The notes beneath the pieces are model-generated. The model was given only the letters and a program-made list of their open reading frames with translations, was not told the origin of the DNA and did not search any database. A DNA stretch of 64,000 nucleotides from Octopus sinensis (lineage: Eukaryota): the NCBI RefSeq assembly GCF_006345805.1, contig NC_043004.1:101494001-101558000 (forward strand), in the 5' to 3' direction. Of this stretch, positions 24,493 to 38,945 are shown in pieces; position 1 is the stretch's first letter, and the number at the start of each line of letters is the position of its first letter. Position numbers and translations under genes: made by a program.

Positions 24493-24713
24493 CCCTTTCG
24501 TTACGGTATTTATTTTGAGATGCTCTGTCTTTCTTCCAATTATTTAAATTATAACAAAGAATTAAGTAAAATAACATCGTTATCATGAAGCTAGTGTTAG
24601 GGACATAAATTGTAACTAAGGTTTGGCAGAGGATTTTAATTCAGAACTTTTGAAAACCAGACATTTGTACTAAAGAGCCAGAGCCGGTTTCAGCCGGGTT
24701 GGTAACGAAAGGG
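24493..24713. mobile_element. piggyBac-type MITE
   Basis: Perfect 12-bp TIR ccctttcgttac / gtaacgaaaggg; TTAA TSDs at 24489-24492 and 24714-24717. Confidence 0.92.
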
Positions 24714-26889
24714 TTAATGTATGGTTCAATGTGTGAGGCACAGAAGAGAATAACAAAACCAGAAGTGGACCAGCAAAGACAATGAGGAGAGAAGAGAGGC
24801 ATGTGTATTAGGTGGACTCGAGTAAAAGAATGTATACTGGTTGCTAATTCAGATGAGCAGAAGCCATTGTAATACCAGTAAAAGAGACTGTATATGTGAT
24901 AGAAGAAACTGAATCCATGTATCTGTTGGATGTAGTATGTCAGTAATTCATTACCAGTGAATAAGAAGGGCATTTTCAGATGTGGCATAAAATGTCTGTA
25001 CAGGAATGCATCTTCATGTGTTAAGTTTACGGATAAAACAGACCTAGAAAGTCTAATTTAGAAGCTTTTCTGAGATAATCTGAGTGTGACATCTACATCC
25101 CTGATGGAGTAATTTCATATGAGATAGCTTGTTTCTGGTTTCAGTTATCTTACTTTTAGCGCCATCCACAATAGAACAGCTGTTAATCCAATGACCCATT
25201 TTCCAGTACTAAAAGGCAATAAAATAACTGAATTTACAGACTGTTCTCTTGGTACCAATTATAACAGATTGGTTGTAAATTCTCAGTAGAATGGTAGATC
25301 TAACCAAAATGTTCACACACTTATGAGAAGGATCCAAGTGGGTTTTTGTAATAGTCACGCTTTTCTCAATAATTATTTGTTATGTAAGGGAGTAAAATTA
25401 CTCACTGGGGTGATATGCCCCAACAGGGCACAATATTCTTTAGTGGAAATAAAATGAACTCCAACAAAGTGAAAATAAAACAAGAAAGTAAAATAAAAAA
25501 AAGACAAACAAAGGAAAGGATAACAAAAACATGAAATAAAAAAATAAAACAATTTTAAAATAAAATTAAACAAAGAAAAACGAAAAAGTGTAAAGAAAGA
25601 AAAAGAAATATAAACTTTGTCCTCCCCCACACAGAGAAAACTGGAACTATTGTTTCATCAGACATTAGCAAGTATTAAATATAGCCTATGGCACCAACAC
25701 TCACCCTGTCACACATCTACCTGCTCCATCCACTTCTAACCTGACCACTTGGAACACTAACTGTTACATAAATCTAATAATTACTCTGTCTGGCACCACA
25801 GATATTACCAGCAATAGGAAGAGTTAAAAGTTATTATTAACTGTGTCCTGTCTATTAAAAACACTTGTGTTCTGGTAATAACAACTGTCAATTCCCTCCA
25901 AAAATCTTGTATGGCAGCAATTAAGCTGCTTATAATACTAATAATAATAATAATAATAATAATAACAACAATAATGGTTTCAAATTTTGCCACAAGGGCA
26001 GCAATTTTGAGAGAGGGGATCAGTCAATTACACTGACTTATTTTATTGACCCCCGAAAGGATGAAAGGTAAAGTTAACCTCAGTAGAATTAGAACTCAGA
26101 ACGTAGCAACAGGTGAAATACTGCTAAGCATTTCGTCTAGTGTGCTAACGATTCTGCCAGCTCATCACTTTAATATTATCATTATAATTAAGCAGAATTC
26201 TTAGCACATTGGACACAATGCTTAGCAGTACTTCTTCTGGACCCTTACATTTTGGGTTTAAATGCCCTCAGGGTTAATAAAATAAGTACCAGTGAAGTAC
26301 TGTAATTAACAACTCCCTCTTCTTTCAATTTACAGGCCTTGTGCCAATAGTACAAAGTATTATTATTTTTTATTGGATATTATTATTGGCGATTCCAGAG
26401 ATAAAATCATGTTTCATTTTGTTAATTTACAACAAATTAGGTACAGCCTGGAAGACATGCATAAATGTCATCATCATCATCACAATTGTTTAACGTCCGT
26501 TTTCCATGGGTTGGACGGTTCAACTGGGGTCTGGGAAGCCAAGAGGCTGCGCCAGGCCCAGTCTGATCTGGCAGTGTTTCTACAGCTGGATGCCCTTCCT
26601 AACGCCAACTACTCCGAGAGTGTAGTGGGTGGTTTTTATGTGCCAGACGAAAACTTAAAAGAGTGTGCTTTGGCTATCCTCATAAGAAATCAGTTGATGT
26701 TTCTATAAAAGTGGGTGTCTACCACCCCAGTTGCACTAGTTAGTTTCAAATGCAATAATGGACACAATTGCTATAAAATTTTAATTCAATAGTTAAATCT
26801 GTGTTTTTATTTTTTAGATTGCTTTTGCACAATGTAATTGGTCTTTAGTAATCATATATATGAAGTCTGTAAAAGTGTTTATTTTTTTT

Positions 26890-27480
26890 TCATTGAAATA
26901 TTTGTAGTAATGATAATTGGTAAGTGTTGCAATGAAAGTTGGGGAAGTTTTTGCCATGAGGTTTTGGTAGTTTGGTTGGCAGAACAAAAAGTTTATGCCA
27001 ACAGAAGAGTTGTAGTTGACTTCATGCGGTATGTGTGTGTATGTGTTGGTGTGAATTGTTTAGGATATAAAGAGAGTCTAGTTGTCATGATACAAAATCT
27101 CTTGTGATCAATAATATTTGAAAACCAGGTGTTGTGTACACTGAACTCTCTCCAACGGATAGTATTTGCTAGAATGTCTGTGGGTGAAGTTTGGTGATGG
27201 CTGGTGAGGATGGTAATGGTATGTTTATTACATTAGTGAGCTTTGTACGGCTAGATTTTAGTTTCAAAGTTTGCATTTTAACCGTAGTGTTGTTGCATAT
27301 TTTGTTCATAAAAGTCAGTTGTTATATCTGTACACTGAACTTAAGTCTGATAGCATTTGAGTACAAAGATTAGTTCTTGGATTATAGCTATATGAATGTT
27401 GTGAAAGATAATAAAATCTTTTAGTTGCATAAATTAGTTTCTAAGGCTATTGGTATCATAGACGCTTGAAAACTTTTTTG
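26890..27480 (-). mobile_element. Degenerate apurinic-endonuclease region of an I/Jockey-group LINE
   Basis: Fragments FHNIHIAIIQE, VGEFSVHNTWFS (GDFNAH-like) and TFCSANQTTKTSWQKLPQLSLQHLPIIITTN (SDHLPII-like) occur in the expected order. Confidence 0.65.
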
Positions 27481-27744
27481 TTGTGTTCTGTATAACTTTG
27501 TGCATGTTAAATATATATTAGATGCATTGTTTGTGGACATGTGATATTGTGAATGACGAGAGATAAGTTTATCCCTTTTGTTATTGTTGTTAGTGTTATT
27601 ATCCCGTAAAGTGCATTTTCTGGATTATCTCTAAACTTTATTTTGAAGACACTCATTTTTGTTGGTATTTTAGGGTCAACTTCCAACAGATTTGTAACTT
27701 CTACTTTTAGCCTATAGTGTTTATGTATGCTGATAGAGGTGCTT

Positions 27745-27959
27745 AGCTGGCAGAAACGTTAGCACACCGGGCGAAATGCGTAGCCGTATTTTCATCTGTC
27801 ATTACATTCTGTGTTCAAATTCCGCCGAGGTCGACTTTGCCTTTCATCCTTTCGGGGTCGATAAATTAAGTACCAGTTACGCACTGGAGTCGATGTAATC
27901 GACTTAATCCATTTGTTTGTCCCCTCTATGTTTAGCCCCTTGTGGGTAGTAAAGAAATA
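27745..27959 (+). mobile_element. SINE family C
   Basis: Near-complete family C sequence. Confidence 0.87.
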
Positions 27960-28606
27960 TGTTTCTAGGATTTACTGTTTAATCAGTATTTTAGCTATGA
28001 CCATCTTTCTTCTTCGCTGACATATTGAATATTAGTTTAATCTGAATATTTATTTTAAAGATACTGAAGTAGTAGTTGAGGAAGATTTGCTGCAATTTCT
28101 TGCAGGTCAAACAATCATAAAAAAGTTTCTCACTAGTTCATTATTTTGTGGTACAGTGGTTAGAGCACTGGGCTCACAATCACAAGGTAGTGAGTTTGAT
28201 TCACTGCAACATCCCTGGTGCCAATCTGTATTGGCCTTTGCCTTTCCCTTGGATAACATTGGTTGTGTGGAGAGAGGAGGCTGGTAAGCATAGGTGACTG
28301 TTAGTCTTCCATAAACAACCCTGCCTGGACTTGTACCTTGGAGGGGAACTTTCTTGGTGCAATCCCATGGACATTCATGGCTGAAGGGGGTCTTTACCCT
28401 TTTGGGAAGTTACACTTAAACTGAGTTCAAGATGTCTTGTGAATGTAAAAGTCCAGGTACTATTTTACTTGATTGTTGATTAAGCTTTACCTGATCGCAT
28501 TGGTATGCTTTGTATGTGTTACATGTGTGCATAGAAGCATGGGTTGGACAGGTCTGTAAAACAGCATCTCTTAACATTTCCATCATGCATCAGCTCGACC
28601 TTGAGA

Positions 28607-28850
28607 CCTTCATCATCATTGTTCAACCGTGGTCGAGACAATGGAATTTACCATGCTACGCCAGACTTCACGGTCCATCATGGCATTACGGAGGTCCTGT
28701 TGCTGGATGCCTGTATCCATGGAGATTACATCAGGGTAGGAGAGTGTGCGCCCTCTGGTATTGCGAGTAGATGGCTTCCAGAGGAGAAGAGTAGAAATTA
28801 CCTCATTTTCAGCTCTACAACAATGTCCAGCAAACTGGACTCTCTTACCT
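28607..28850 (-). mobile_element. RTE-X-like LINE 3' end
   Basis: Encodes FAGHCCRAENEVISTLLLWKP...RGRTLSYPDVISMDTG...DLRNAMMDREVWRSMV, then a short (GAT)n tail. Confidence 0.85.
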
Positions 28851-29937
28851 TTCACAAGAGATGACACAGGTGGTAGTTTCCCATATATTTGAGATCTTAT
28901 AGTACATCTACTTTACCCAACCTCCACCCTGTGAACCTTTAGACTACAGTGAATGTATATCAATGCATCAGGTGTATGGTGATATAAATTCACACTGGCA
29001 CAACTACTGTAGAGCCATTTACAAAAGCACCCTTTTTTTCACTGACCCAAAGTACAGTCATGTTTCTCTAGTTCCTGTCACCATTTAAATCCACTCCACC
29101 AACCTCCTAGTGTTGAAAACCAACATCACCCACCATCGCTAGACACTTTCTCGAGTGAATAAACACAGTAGAGGCTGTGTGTATTTATATAATCTGAAAA
29201 TAATTTTGTTTTTCTATCCAGAAACATTCTAAAATGGTCAAGCTATCAAATAGAACAAGAGGGAAATTCTTAACGACTGAAACAGTCTCACACACCATAC
29301 TAAACTACTACCATACTAAACTACTACAAATCACAGTTACTTAACAAAACAAAACAAAAAAAAAATGCATGCTTGTGTGTGTGTGTGTGTATGTGTGTGA
29401 TTATCTATGTAGATGCATGAACAAGTGTGTAAGAATGTGGGGGGTGAGATGGATAAGGGGAGCACAAGAGTTGAACACTAAAATAACCTAAGGAGGGGCT
29501 GGTGTAGGATGAGTGACTGCAATGGCAGTTATGTCTTAGTGGGGGTAGTGAGTATAATGGACAGAGGAGGTAGCAGAGAGGGTAGAAGGAGTGGGCAGTG
29601 TCTGAAAGTGTGAGGGAGGGGTAGGAGGTGCTACAGAAGAGGAAGAGGAAATATTTTCACTTTATCACACACTAATATAGGAGGGTGTGTTTTAGCTTCC
29701 CTGAACACATAGACAGACAGCATACACACACACACAGAGTCAAGGAGTTAGCCAGTAAGAAAACAGATATTAGGAGCTGATAAATAGCACACCGTGCATA
29801 CACACAATCTTGTAGATGCAGATACATATACACAAAAATATGTAGGAGTTTCTCCTATATTGGGTCCTTAAATAACATTGAATCTCCCTTTGGAGCTGGC
29901 ACTGAGGGAGTGTACATGAGTGTATGTGTGTGTGTAC

Positions 29938-30245
29938 GTATGTATGTAAGCATGTATGGATGTATGAATGTACAAGTGTATATGAATGTGTACATGCCTG
30001 CTTCTGTGCGTACATGTGTGAATGGCAGAGTGTGAATATATGTGTGTCTATAGGTGTGTGTGTGTGTGCTTAGGCAAGTGTGTGTGTGTGTGTATGTATG
30101 TAAGCATGTATGGATGTATGTATGTACAAGTGTATATGAATGTGTACATGCCTGCTTCTGTGCGTACATGTGTGAATGGCAGAGTGTGAATATATGTGTG
30201 TCTATAGGTGTGTGTGTGTGTGTGCTTAGGCAAGTGTGTGTATGT
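29938..30245. repeat. Tandem duplication, 154-bp period, of GT-rich sequence
   Basis: aagcatgtatggatg starts at 29948 and 30102; the two units are near-identical. Confidence 0.9.
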
Positions 30246-32419
30246 AGATAACATTCCCAGCCAATTTTTATCTCAGAGGAGTGGTGGGCAGAGAGGTCTT
30301 GTGATTACATATTTTGTCATTCTATTTACAATGGACAAAGGACTCAGCAGCAGCAACGGCAGCAGCAGCAACAAGCACAGCAATAGTAACCACCACAGCA
30401 GCATTTGTAGCAGTAGTACACAAAATCAGAGAGACATTTTAAAATAATTAAATATATTTTAGGAAGAGACAAGCCTTTATTCCTCAACTTTCTTCCCATT
30501 AACAAAATACACTTACAACAGTTATGAGAAAAAAATTGTTTGTGACACTGTACTTTTGTATAGCAAACAATCACTTGCAACATATACTGTGCATTAAATC
30601 GCATATAAGATACATATCTTTTCCCCCAAAAAATGTCTCAAAAAGTCACCTTGAGTCTTACATGCAAAGTTGCTTTAAATATTACAAGCTTTAAGGTGGC
30701 AAGCTGGCAGAAATGTTAGCACGCCGAGCGAAATGCTTAGTATTTCGTCTGTCGTTATGTTTTGAGTTCAAATTCTGTCGAGGTCAACTTTGCCTTTCAT
30801 CCTTTTGGGGTTGATAAATTAAGTACCAACTGTGTAATGGGGTCGATCTAATCGACTGGCTCCCTTCCCACAAAATTTCGGGCCATGTATCTAGAGTAGA
30901 AAAGAATATTACAAGCTGTAATTCACTAAAAACATTTGTTCCTCTTGAATAAATGTTGCTGAAATTGGGATGCATCTAATATGCTTTTGAATCTTTTACG
31001 CCATCAAATATGGTACATCAATAACAAAATCTTTCATATACTGCTTACGCAATTGGCACAGACTATACATCTACCATGCACATGATATATATATACACAC
31101 ACACATATAAAACTGTCCCACCCATGCCGGCATGGAAGGCTGACGTTAAACGATGATGATGATGATGATGATATAACCTGAACATTGATTAGAGATTCTG
31201 CTCAGCATTTCTCTAGGCATCTGTAGGGTCAACTTTGGAAGTCTTTACTTAACAAATTTACAATTCTTTAGACGACATTAATTGGATGCGTCAAGCTCAT
31301 CCACCAGCAAGGATTAGCTAACCAGATAAGACACTGGTCTCCTGCAGATATTTTTCCCCAAGCCGAGAGATAATGTCAGCATTTTAAACCAACAAAGCAT
31401 TAATTTCATAGTGCTGCCACTGTCTGCTTTGATGACCCACACTAATTGTGGTACCCATTTAGTGTGATGTACCTTGGCTACAAGCATGACAAAATAATCT
31501 TAGCTGGTTGTTAAGTACCCAACTAACTCAACCTCACCACCTCCTCACATTATATGTGTGTGCATGTGTGTGTAATTGAATAGATGGTAAATATATTAAG
31601 CTTCTGATATTTCAAACTAAATACCCTAAACAAAAATAAGAGGGGCACTATACCAACAGTCTGTGTAGAGGGTCGAGACTACTGACAATAGCCAAGGGAT
31701 CCATAGTTCATATCTATCATGTTTGTGATCAAAACCCTTATTCTAAGCTCTGAATAGTTAATACAACTTGTATAATTCACCAGTATATATATATGTTTGA
31801 ACAACCTGTACCTTAAGTACTTTACTCAGATCATAATTTCCTTGCAATTTCTTTTTCACCAAACTTGTATTTACATCAAATCAACCACATCACGGCAATC
31901 ATTTCTCTTGTAATACTTTCAGCACCCAACTCCTTTACACTAATATTCAAATTCACATTGTACGTCAATCCAGATCCCTTTACAAAGAAGGAAAGATGAA
32001 TGTCTACTTGTTTAATAAACTGTTACACAACTAATACAATAGACTGCTGTTACAGATAAAGTTGTTGGTTTAATCAGCTTAATTCTTGGATTGATATCTA
32101 AATTCATTCAGAGAAACCTGTAATGATGGAACAAGCTGATACCTAAAGCTAATATACTTACCCATATCTTCTCTGAAAAATAATCAGCCTTACATATAAG
32201 AAATTTAGAATAGAAAGTAAGAAAAATTAACGTATGACAGCTGTTGATTTCTAGCTGGAACCAAGCAACCAAGTTCTAATAGGAAAAAAAAAAAAAAAAT
32301 GCTAACTGGATTTTTTTTTAGTAGCCAAAAGTGAATCCTTGTTCATTTTTGTATTTACTTTTTCATACAGCATAGGTTAGATGAATTAGTTTTCAACACA
32401 ATGTCTATCCACCTGCTGT

Positions 32420-34020
32420 GGTCCCCAAACATTTCCTTTGTGACATTAGACCTTGTCACTGTTTCTTACCTTCTTTCCATCCAGCTCATTCTGTTTGCGC
32501 TGTTCAATAATTTTTTCACCCAAATATCATCATTCACACTCATCACATATCTATACTAGAACTGTCTCCTCACTTGCAACTATAGCCAATGCCTCTAATG
32601 CTGGGTTACTCTTTATGTATACACGTTCCTTGTCATTCAGCCATGCTAATATTACACATCCAGCAGGGCATACTCATCTAATTTTCTTTCTAGTCTTTGT
32701 ATATCTTCCACATTCAGCACCCATCTTTCGCTCTTATGCAATATGACACTTCATATACAGGAATCATACAATCTGCCCCCTTCATTCAAAGAAAGAAGTC
32801 CTTTGTTGTCAACAAAGGCAAAAGCTCCCTGAAGCCTGGTAACTGCATCTCTGTAACATCCACCTCCAGCACTGATTAGATCATCTGGGTAACAGAAGCT
32901 ATCTAGAGAGCCTTCTAGGCAGTTGAAAGAATTAATTTCTTGGGTGTTTGTTCTTCAGTTAACCATTCATGTGCATCTATTACATATGAAACCCTTCTCT
33001 GTCAGCCTGCTTGATATTTCACCACACCTTTCCTGTACTCACTATATGTACTTGGTATATACTTTCTATCCACATCCTTCTGTGTATCAAATATAGCCAC
33101 TTCCCAGTGGGTAGCAGTGTTCTATTTTCATTTCAGTTAACTAAAATGTTCACCTTTACCGAGTTGACTATTTGGCCTCTCAATTCTAGTCCTACTTCTA
33201 TATTGGGATTTTCTCTATAATTCTTCAACTGATTCATTTGAGAATATATTGGCAAACATAAGTTCTCACTGACAGCTTCTTTTGAATGGAAATCTATAAC
33301 AAACAAATTAAAGCTGAGAAACAAGCTCTTTACCTTCACATTTACCTTCTTTGCTAAGCTCATTGCTAATTCTTACTTGCAGCACTTCTGTATATGGCAT
33401 GCATGCCTCTCTCAAGCTGTTTCTATATCCTGAGACAAAGAAGTACAGTGCCCTTTCAATGGTGTTGTCCATGTTAAGAAATGTCATAGACAGTCGTTTC
33501 TTTTCTTTAAGAACATCTCTTGTAGTTTCCTTAACAAAAAGGGGGCATAGGCAGAGGTCCCAGGTCTTAGCACAAATCCAAACAACATCTTTATATATAA
33601 AAGTCAAGTTGTGTGTCTGTCTCCTACGATTTAGATTCCTAACTACTCCCACATTTTGCGGTGCAGTATCTTATAGTCGTGATTCATATCGAGCCCTTCT
33701 GGGTATTAGCGCGCATCTACAATGAATCTACAATTTAAAAAAAAATTTACCATCATTTTTTTCGCTATTATATAAGGGAAGTAACTCTCTAAAAATGTCT
33801 ACGTTGAGTCAACGATTTAAAAAAAATTTACCATAATTTTTTTTCCATTTTTAATGCATTTTTTTGCTATTTTTTGGCTATAACTCTCTAAAAATGCTTA
33901 TATAGTTATTTCCCTTACAAATCCGAGCAACGCTGGGTGATACTGCTAGTTTAATCCAAATGAGTTTTCTCTCTTATTAGTTTGCTATAACTCTCTCCAC
34001 CGCTTTCATAATTGGGTCTA
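32420..34020 (-). mobile_element. Degenerate RTE LINE reverse-transcriptase region, interrupted by a Helitron
   Basis: MKAVERVIA..IRE..HLD*MLFGFV continues across the Helitron to FLNMDNTIERA (FxDxxKAFDR-like) and GLELRGQIVNSVKVNILV (GLxVNxxKTKVL-like); many stops and frameshifts. Confidence 0.7.
33588..33949 (+). mobile_element. Non-autonomous Helitron
   Basis: Begins TC (tctttatatataaaag) and ends CTAG; subterminal hairpin ccgagcaacgctggg; inserted between A and T with no TSD. Confidence 0.88.
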
Positions 34021-35149
34021 GTAAAAGAGAATAGTTACAACATATTTTTATTCTCACAGATGAATGAACATATAACAGATTTCAAGATAAATGGAATCCC
34101 TCGTTTTTGCATTAATTTGTCATATAACTTGCAAGGTTCTTGCGTTCTGACAGAAAAAATAAACTAGTTTATCACAAAGTTTCATAAACAATTAAGAATA
34201 GCTTAAAAGGGAAGTAATAATATTTATTTTACTAGAAACATGGTAGAACTCTTGCACTATCATAATTAACCATAGGTGTCAGGTTAGTTGGGGGTGTATA
34301 AGATAGCAGGTCATTTAAAATACATAACTGGCTCAACATCAAATTGATATTCAGACAGTAAGGTCATCATGTCGCTGATATACTTCAGGTATCTTAATAC
34401 ATAACTATTTACCCACCTCTAAGCACATCTGCAAGACACAGCAAGGAACCCTTCCCACCAACTTCTGGCTACATACTCTCAATGTTACTAACAACTCAGT
34501 TGTGATGTAGGGAATATTACTTGCTTTTGTCAATCAGGCAGACTGAAGCAAGCTATGTATGTTGCTCAAAGAATTAACACTAAAAAGAGAGAGAGAGAGA
34601 GAGAGAGAGTACAAATATGATAATCTACAACAACATTAGCTAATAACACAGATTGTGAAGAAGAATTAAAAGAAAGTTCAAAGAAACACTTCATATCCAA
34701 CATGTTAGGGTAGTAAAAATAGTTAAATAGTAACATGCTACATCAAATCTTGGAAATGAGATCCAATCTGGTAAATCTGCAATAAAAGGGACCCCGAGTC
34801 TTGCTGGGTTTCAATGAACAAAATAATCACCAGTCAGCAGTGGATGTTGCCAAAGAGAAGAGTGATAACTTGCTGTCAACACAACCAAAGTTTACCACAG
34901 AAGAAGATGGAAGTCACTAGCTTTTGCTTAATCTTTTACGGTGTTGTGGGGAAGCACAGCTGTAGTAAACAAGTGTCAATCTCTAATTGTGGAGGGAACC
35001 TGTGGTAGAGGTAGACCCAGGAAAACATAGGGTGAGATGGTGAAGCATGATCTTTGAACTTTGGGTTTCGAAAAGGCAATGACTAGTGACCAAGGCCAAG
35101 GTATGTTGTGCTTCAGAAGACCCCAAAAGTCAAATGAAATTGTGGTTGT

Positions 35150-35548
35150 GGCTGACGCTGGTGTCATGTAACTGGCACCTGTGCTAGTGGCACATAAAAA
35201 AAAACACCTTTTGAGCATTGGGCCTCAGGGAGCAAGGTGCTGGTGGCACATGAAAAGCACTTTTTGAGTTTTGGGCCTCATGGAGGCCTTTGGCATTATG
35301 CTGTGCTTGAGAAGAAGACCCATCAAGCCAAGTAGAATCATAGTCATGACAGGTACTGGTGTCATGCTGGTAGCACATAAAAACACCCATTATACTCTCA
35401 GACTGGTTGGCATTAGGAAGGGCATCCAGCTGTAGAAACCATGCCAAATAAGACTGGAGTCTGGTGCATCTTCCAGCTTGCCAGCCATAGTCAAACCATC
35501 CAACCCATGCCAGCATGAACAATGGACATTAAATGATGATGATGATGA
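35150..35548 (+). mobile_element. SINE-like family A, extended 5' form
   Basis: Three hairpin modules upstream of the family A body and (GAT)n tail. Confidence 0.75.
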
Positions 35549-37953
35549 AAGATAATGGTTCCACCTCTAAGTTTCAAAGTTTCAATTTTGTCCTGTAATT
35601 TTATATCACCTGTGGAGCATTTCATGAGTGCAAATCAGGTACTCTTGTATATCTTTCTAGTGAGAATAAATCAGTCAAGTGTAACAGCTAAATTATTATT
35701 TTTTTTTTCAAATTTTTGTTTGCTTCAGTCATTGACTATTGCCAAGCTGGGCCACCACCTTGAAAGGTTTAGGCGAACAAATTGATCCCCAGGTACTTAT
35801 TCTGTACTGCCAAGTCGCAGGGATACAAACTAACACCAGTTGTCAAGCAGTGACTGTGTGTGTGTGTGTGTATGTGTACACACACACACATCACAGGCTT
35901 CCACACAATTTCCATCTAATAAATTCATTCACAAGGCATTGGTTGGCCCAAAGTTGTAGGACACTTGTTCCAAGCACCATGCAGTGGAACTGAACTAGAA
36001 GCCACATGGTTGCAAAGTTAACTTCTTAACCACACAGCATTAAAAAAAATTATAACATATTTGATTAACAATAGAATAATTGTTTATAGGCTTCCAATGA
36101 GTTAGTCACTGGTTTACTGCATTTATGTTAGCAAGCAACAAGAGACTTGCATGTGCAAACTGATATTCTAGTTTATAACTTTGGATGATGACATGGCAAA
36201 TGATATCAATAATAATCGTAAAGTTGTATTAATTTAGTTCATTATCTATAAATGAATTAAGTATATATATGTATGTGTGAGTGGGTTTATACATCTATGT
36301 GAATATATGACTATATTCACACAGACATAAAATGAATATATCTAGTCATTTTACAATATATCATGAGTGAACGTTACCCCATTTTTATTTTTAGAGGAAA
36401 ATTAAATAGTTTGCATTGGAATCATTGACACAAATGGTTAAAGAACTGTAGGTTCTTCAATGTTTGACTATTTAACCATAATATGAGAGCAGGACAGGAT
36501 AGTGTTGCCCTGTCATGAGACATCTTGCAGCAATTGAGGTAAGGTTTCAACTTGCCTTCTAATTTTATAATCAGTAGTTTATTACTTAAGTAAGTTCAGA
36601 AACTAAACATTCTAGTCATCCTAATAAATATTACCAACAGAAAACACTGCATGCATTTGGTAAATTTTTTTTTGTTTTAACTGAACATCTTCAAGCACAG
36701 ACTATGTAAACATTTTCAAAACTCTTTTTAAAAGAAAAGAAAAATCCCACACAATAACATCAATAATGTTAAGGGTTTATTTATATGTTTAGTTGGTTTC
36801 TTAAACTTGAAGACTATAAAAAACTGATGACATATTCTACAGTGGGGAGGATTTTAAATTTTAAGAAATCATGCATTTTAAATAGAAGCATTTGATTAGT
36901 ACTTGAACGATAGGAAGAACACGGTAAAATGTTTTAACACTCAAAATATCACTCAAATCTAGTCAGGAAATATACCTGGGTGGGTCAGTTTGAATAATTT
37001 CATTCTAAAATAAAAATAAATAGATCAATGTATAAATTACAAACTAGAAATAAAATGTAACAGATTTGATAAACTGAACCTAATTGAAAACAAGATAAAA
37101 GTTAAAATGGACACAGGTTTTTAATCATGATCAAAATTATTAACCAAACTGTGGACCTGATATTACTGATCTTCTTTGGAAGAGAGGAAATCTAAGACAA
37201 TTTTTATCTCTTGCTGCCACTACTAATAAGATCAAAGAAACTAACATGGTTAGTCAAAAAACATTGAAATGGAATAAATTGACCCAGTTTACAATTGAAG
37301 CTGATGTAAGGAAAGTGCAAACTGGAAATTAGACAAAAAAAACCCGAAAAAGGTAAAGTTTGATTATACAGATATTACGTTATTTCTTCTAATTATAGAT
37401 TTTACACCTTAAGAATTATGAGTGAGAGAAGTAACAGAAGCAGTGTAAAAGAATGAGAAGACAGAATTTGGAGAGAAGAGGAAGGGAGCCCTCCCCATGA
37501 CAAAAATAAGAGATGAGTAAAGAGTGATAGGGGAGATTAAAGAGAATAAAAAGGGATCAGAGAGAAGTGAGAGGAAGAGAAAAAGAGGAGTGGTTTTTGA
37601 AGTATGAGATAAGGGAGATGAAGAAAAATGTTGGTAGACAGATGTGTGTGTGTGTGTGTGATTGTGTGTGTGCATGAGAAGCAAGACTGGAGTAAGAAGA
37701 AGGTTGGATATATGTACGACTGTGATGTAGAAGAAATTCAACATTAATAGAAGAAAAAAAAAAAAAAGGAAATAATTTGTAAAAACTTGTCCTTTTGAAA
37801 GAACTTCCATCCCTAGAATAGAGTTATTCACCAACCTTCATGAAAGTAAACATTGTTTAAAACCCTACTCTCTCCCTTCAGTAAAGAATCTCAGATATTT
37901 CATTTGTCAGGTCTGTTATAGTATTTAGTTTTAATTTTCGTGTCTGTGTGCAT

Positions 37954-38003
<50 letters not shown>

Positions 38004-38054
38004 TCCACAATAAAGATTACTAATTTATATGTGCATACATATACATACATGCAC

Positions 38055-38086
<32 letters not shown>

Positions 38087-38670
38087 GTGTATACTTTGCT
38101 TTTGTATTTGGTTGTGTTGTTATTGGTGTATTGACCCTCCCAAGACACAAGAACTTTTAATTTGCCATCTGAGAATTTGAGCAAGTCATCCCCATATTAA
38201 TATTTCTTTCAATAAACTTGAGCAGAAAAAAACACACATACACATTGAACTTGCACATTATTGTGACAAAATTGCTAATTACAAAACAGATTCTAAATAA
38301 AGTTTAATTCAAAAAGAAGAAAATCAAAGAAGATATGCTTGTGCAACCTAATATTATCCTCCTGATCAGTTTAACAAGTATGACTTTTTGCATATCAATA
38401 TCACTTCTCAAATCGATATTTTAACCAGGAACATTTATGACTGATTATTATCAGGTTATAGTAGTAATTTATTTTCCAAAAACCATTAGCGGCAAAGTTA
38501 GCCTTTCTTAAGACTTTAAGGAGATTAAGCAGCGATTTATCACAGTACATGGGTTTCAGTTGGCAGTACTGTTCTTCTGACTGAAAGTAATATAGCTAAC
38601 GAGACTGGACAAAAATTGAGAACATCAACACTTGCTTAAATGAACAGACACAAGTATCATTTCCATATAT

Positions 38671-38898
38671 GAGCTGGCAGAAACGTTAGCGCGCCGGGCG
38701 AAATGCGTAGCCGTATTTCTTCTGCCCTTTACATTCTGAGTTCAAATTCCGCCGAGGTCGACTTTGCCTTTCATCTTTTCGGGGTCGATAAATTAAGTAC
38801 CAGTTACGCACTGGGGGGGGGGGTCGATGTAATCGACTTAATACCTTTGTCTGTCCTTCTTTGTCCCCTCTATGTTTAGCCCCTTGTGGGCAATAAAG

Positions 38899-38903
<5 letters not shown>
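38671..38903 (+). mobile_element. SINE family C, young
   Basis: CpG-rich, near-complete copy followed by (AT)n. Confidence 0.88.

Positions 38904-38945
<42 letters not shown>

Noticed and set aside
30344-30415. CAG/CAA-rich tract suggesting a polyQ or polyS exon
   Set aside because: No splice or homology support; it is an imperfect trinucleotide repeat in an intron.
37409-37834. 141-aa minus-strand ORF
   Set aside because: Low-complexity pyrimidine-rich and (CA)n sequence giving F/L/S-biased text with no domain.
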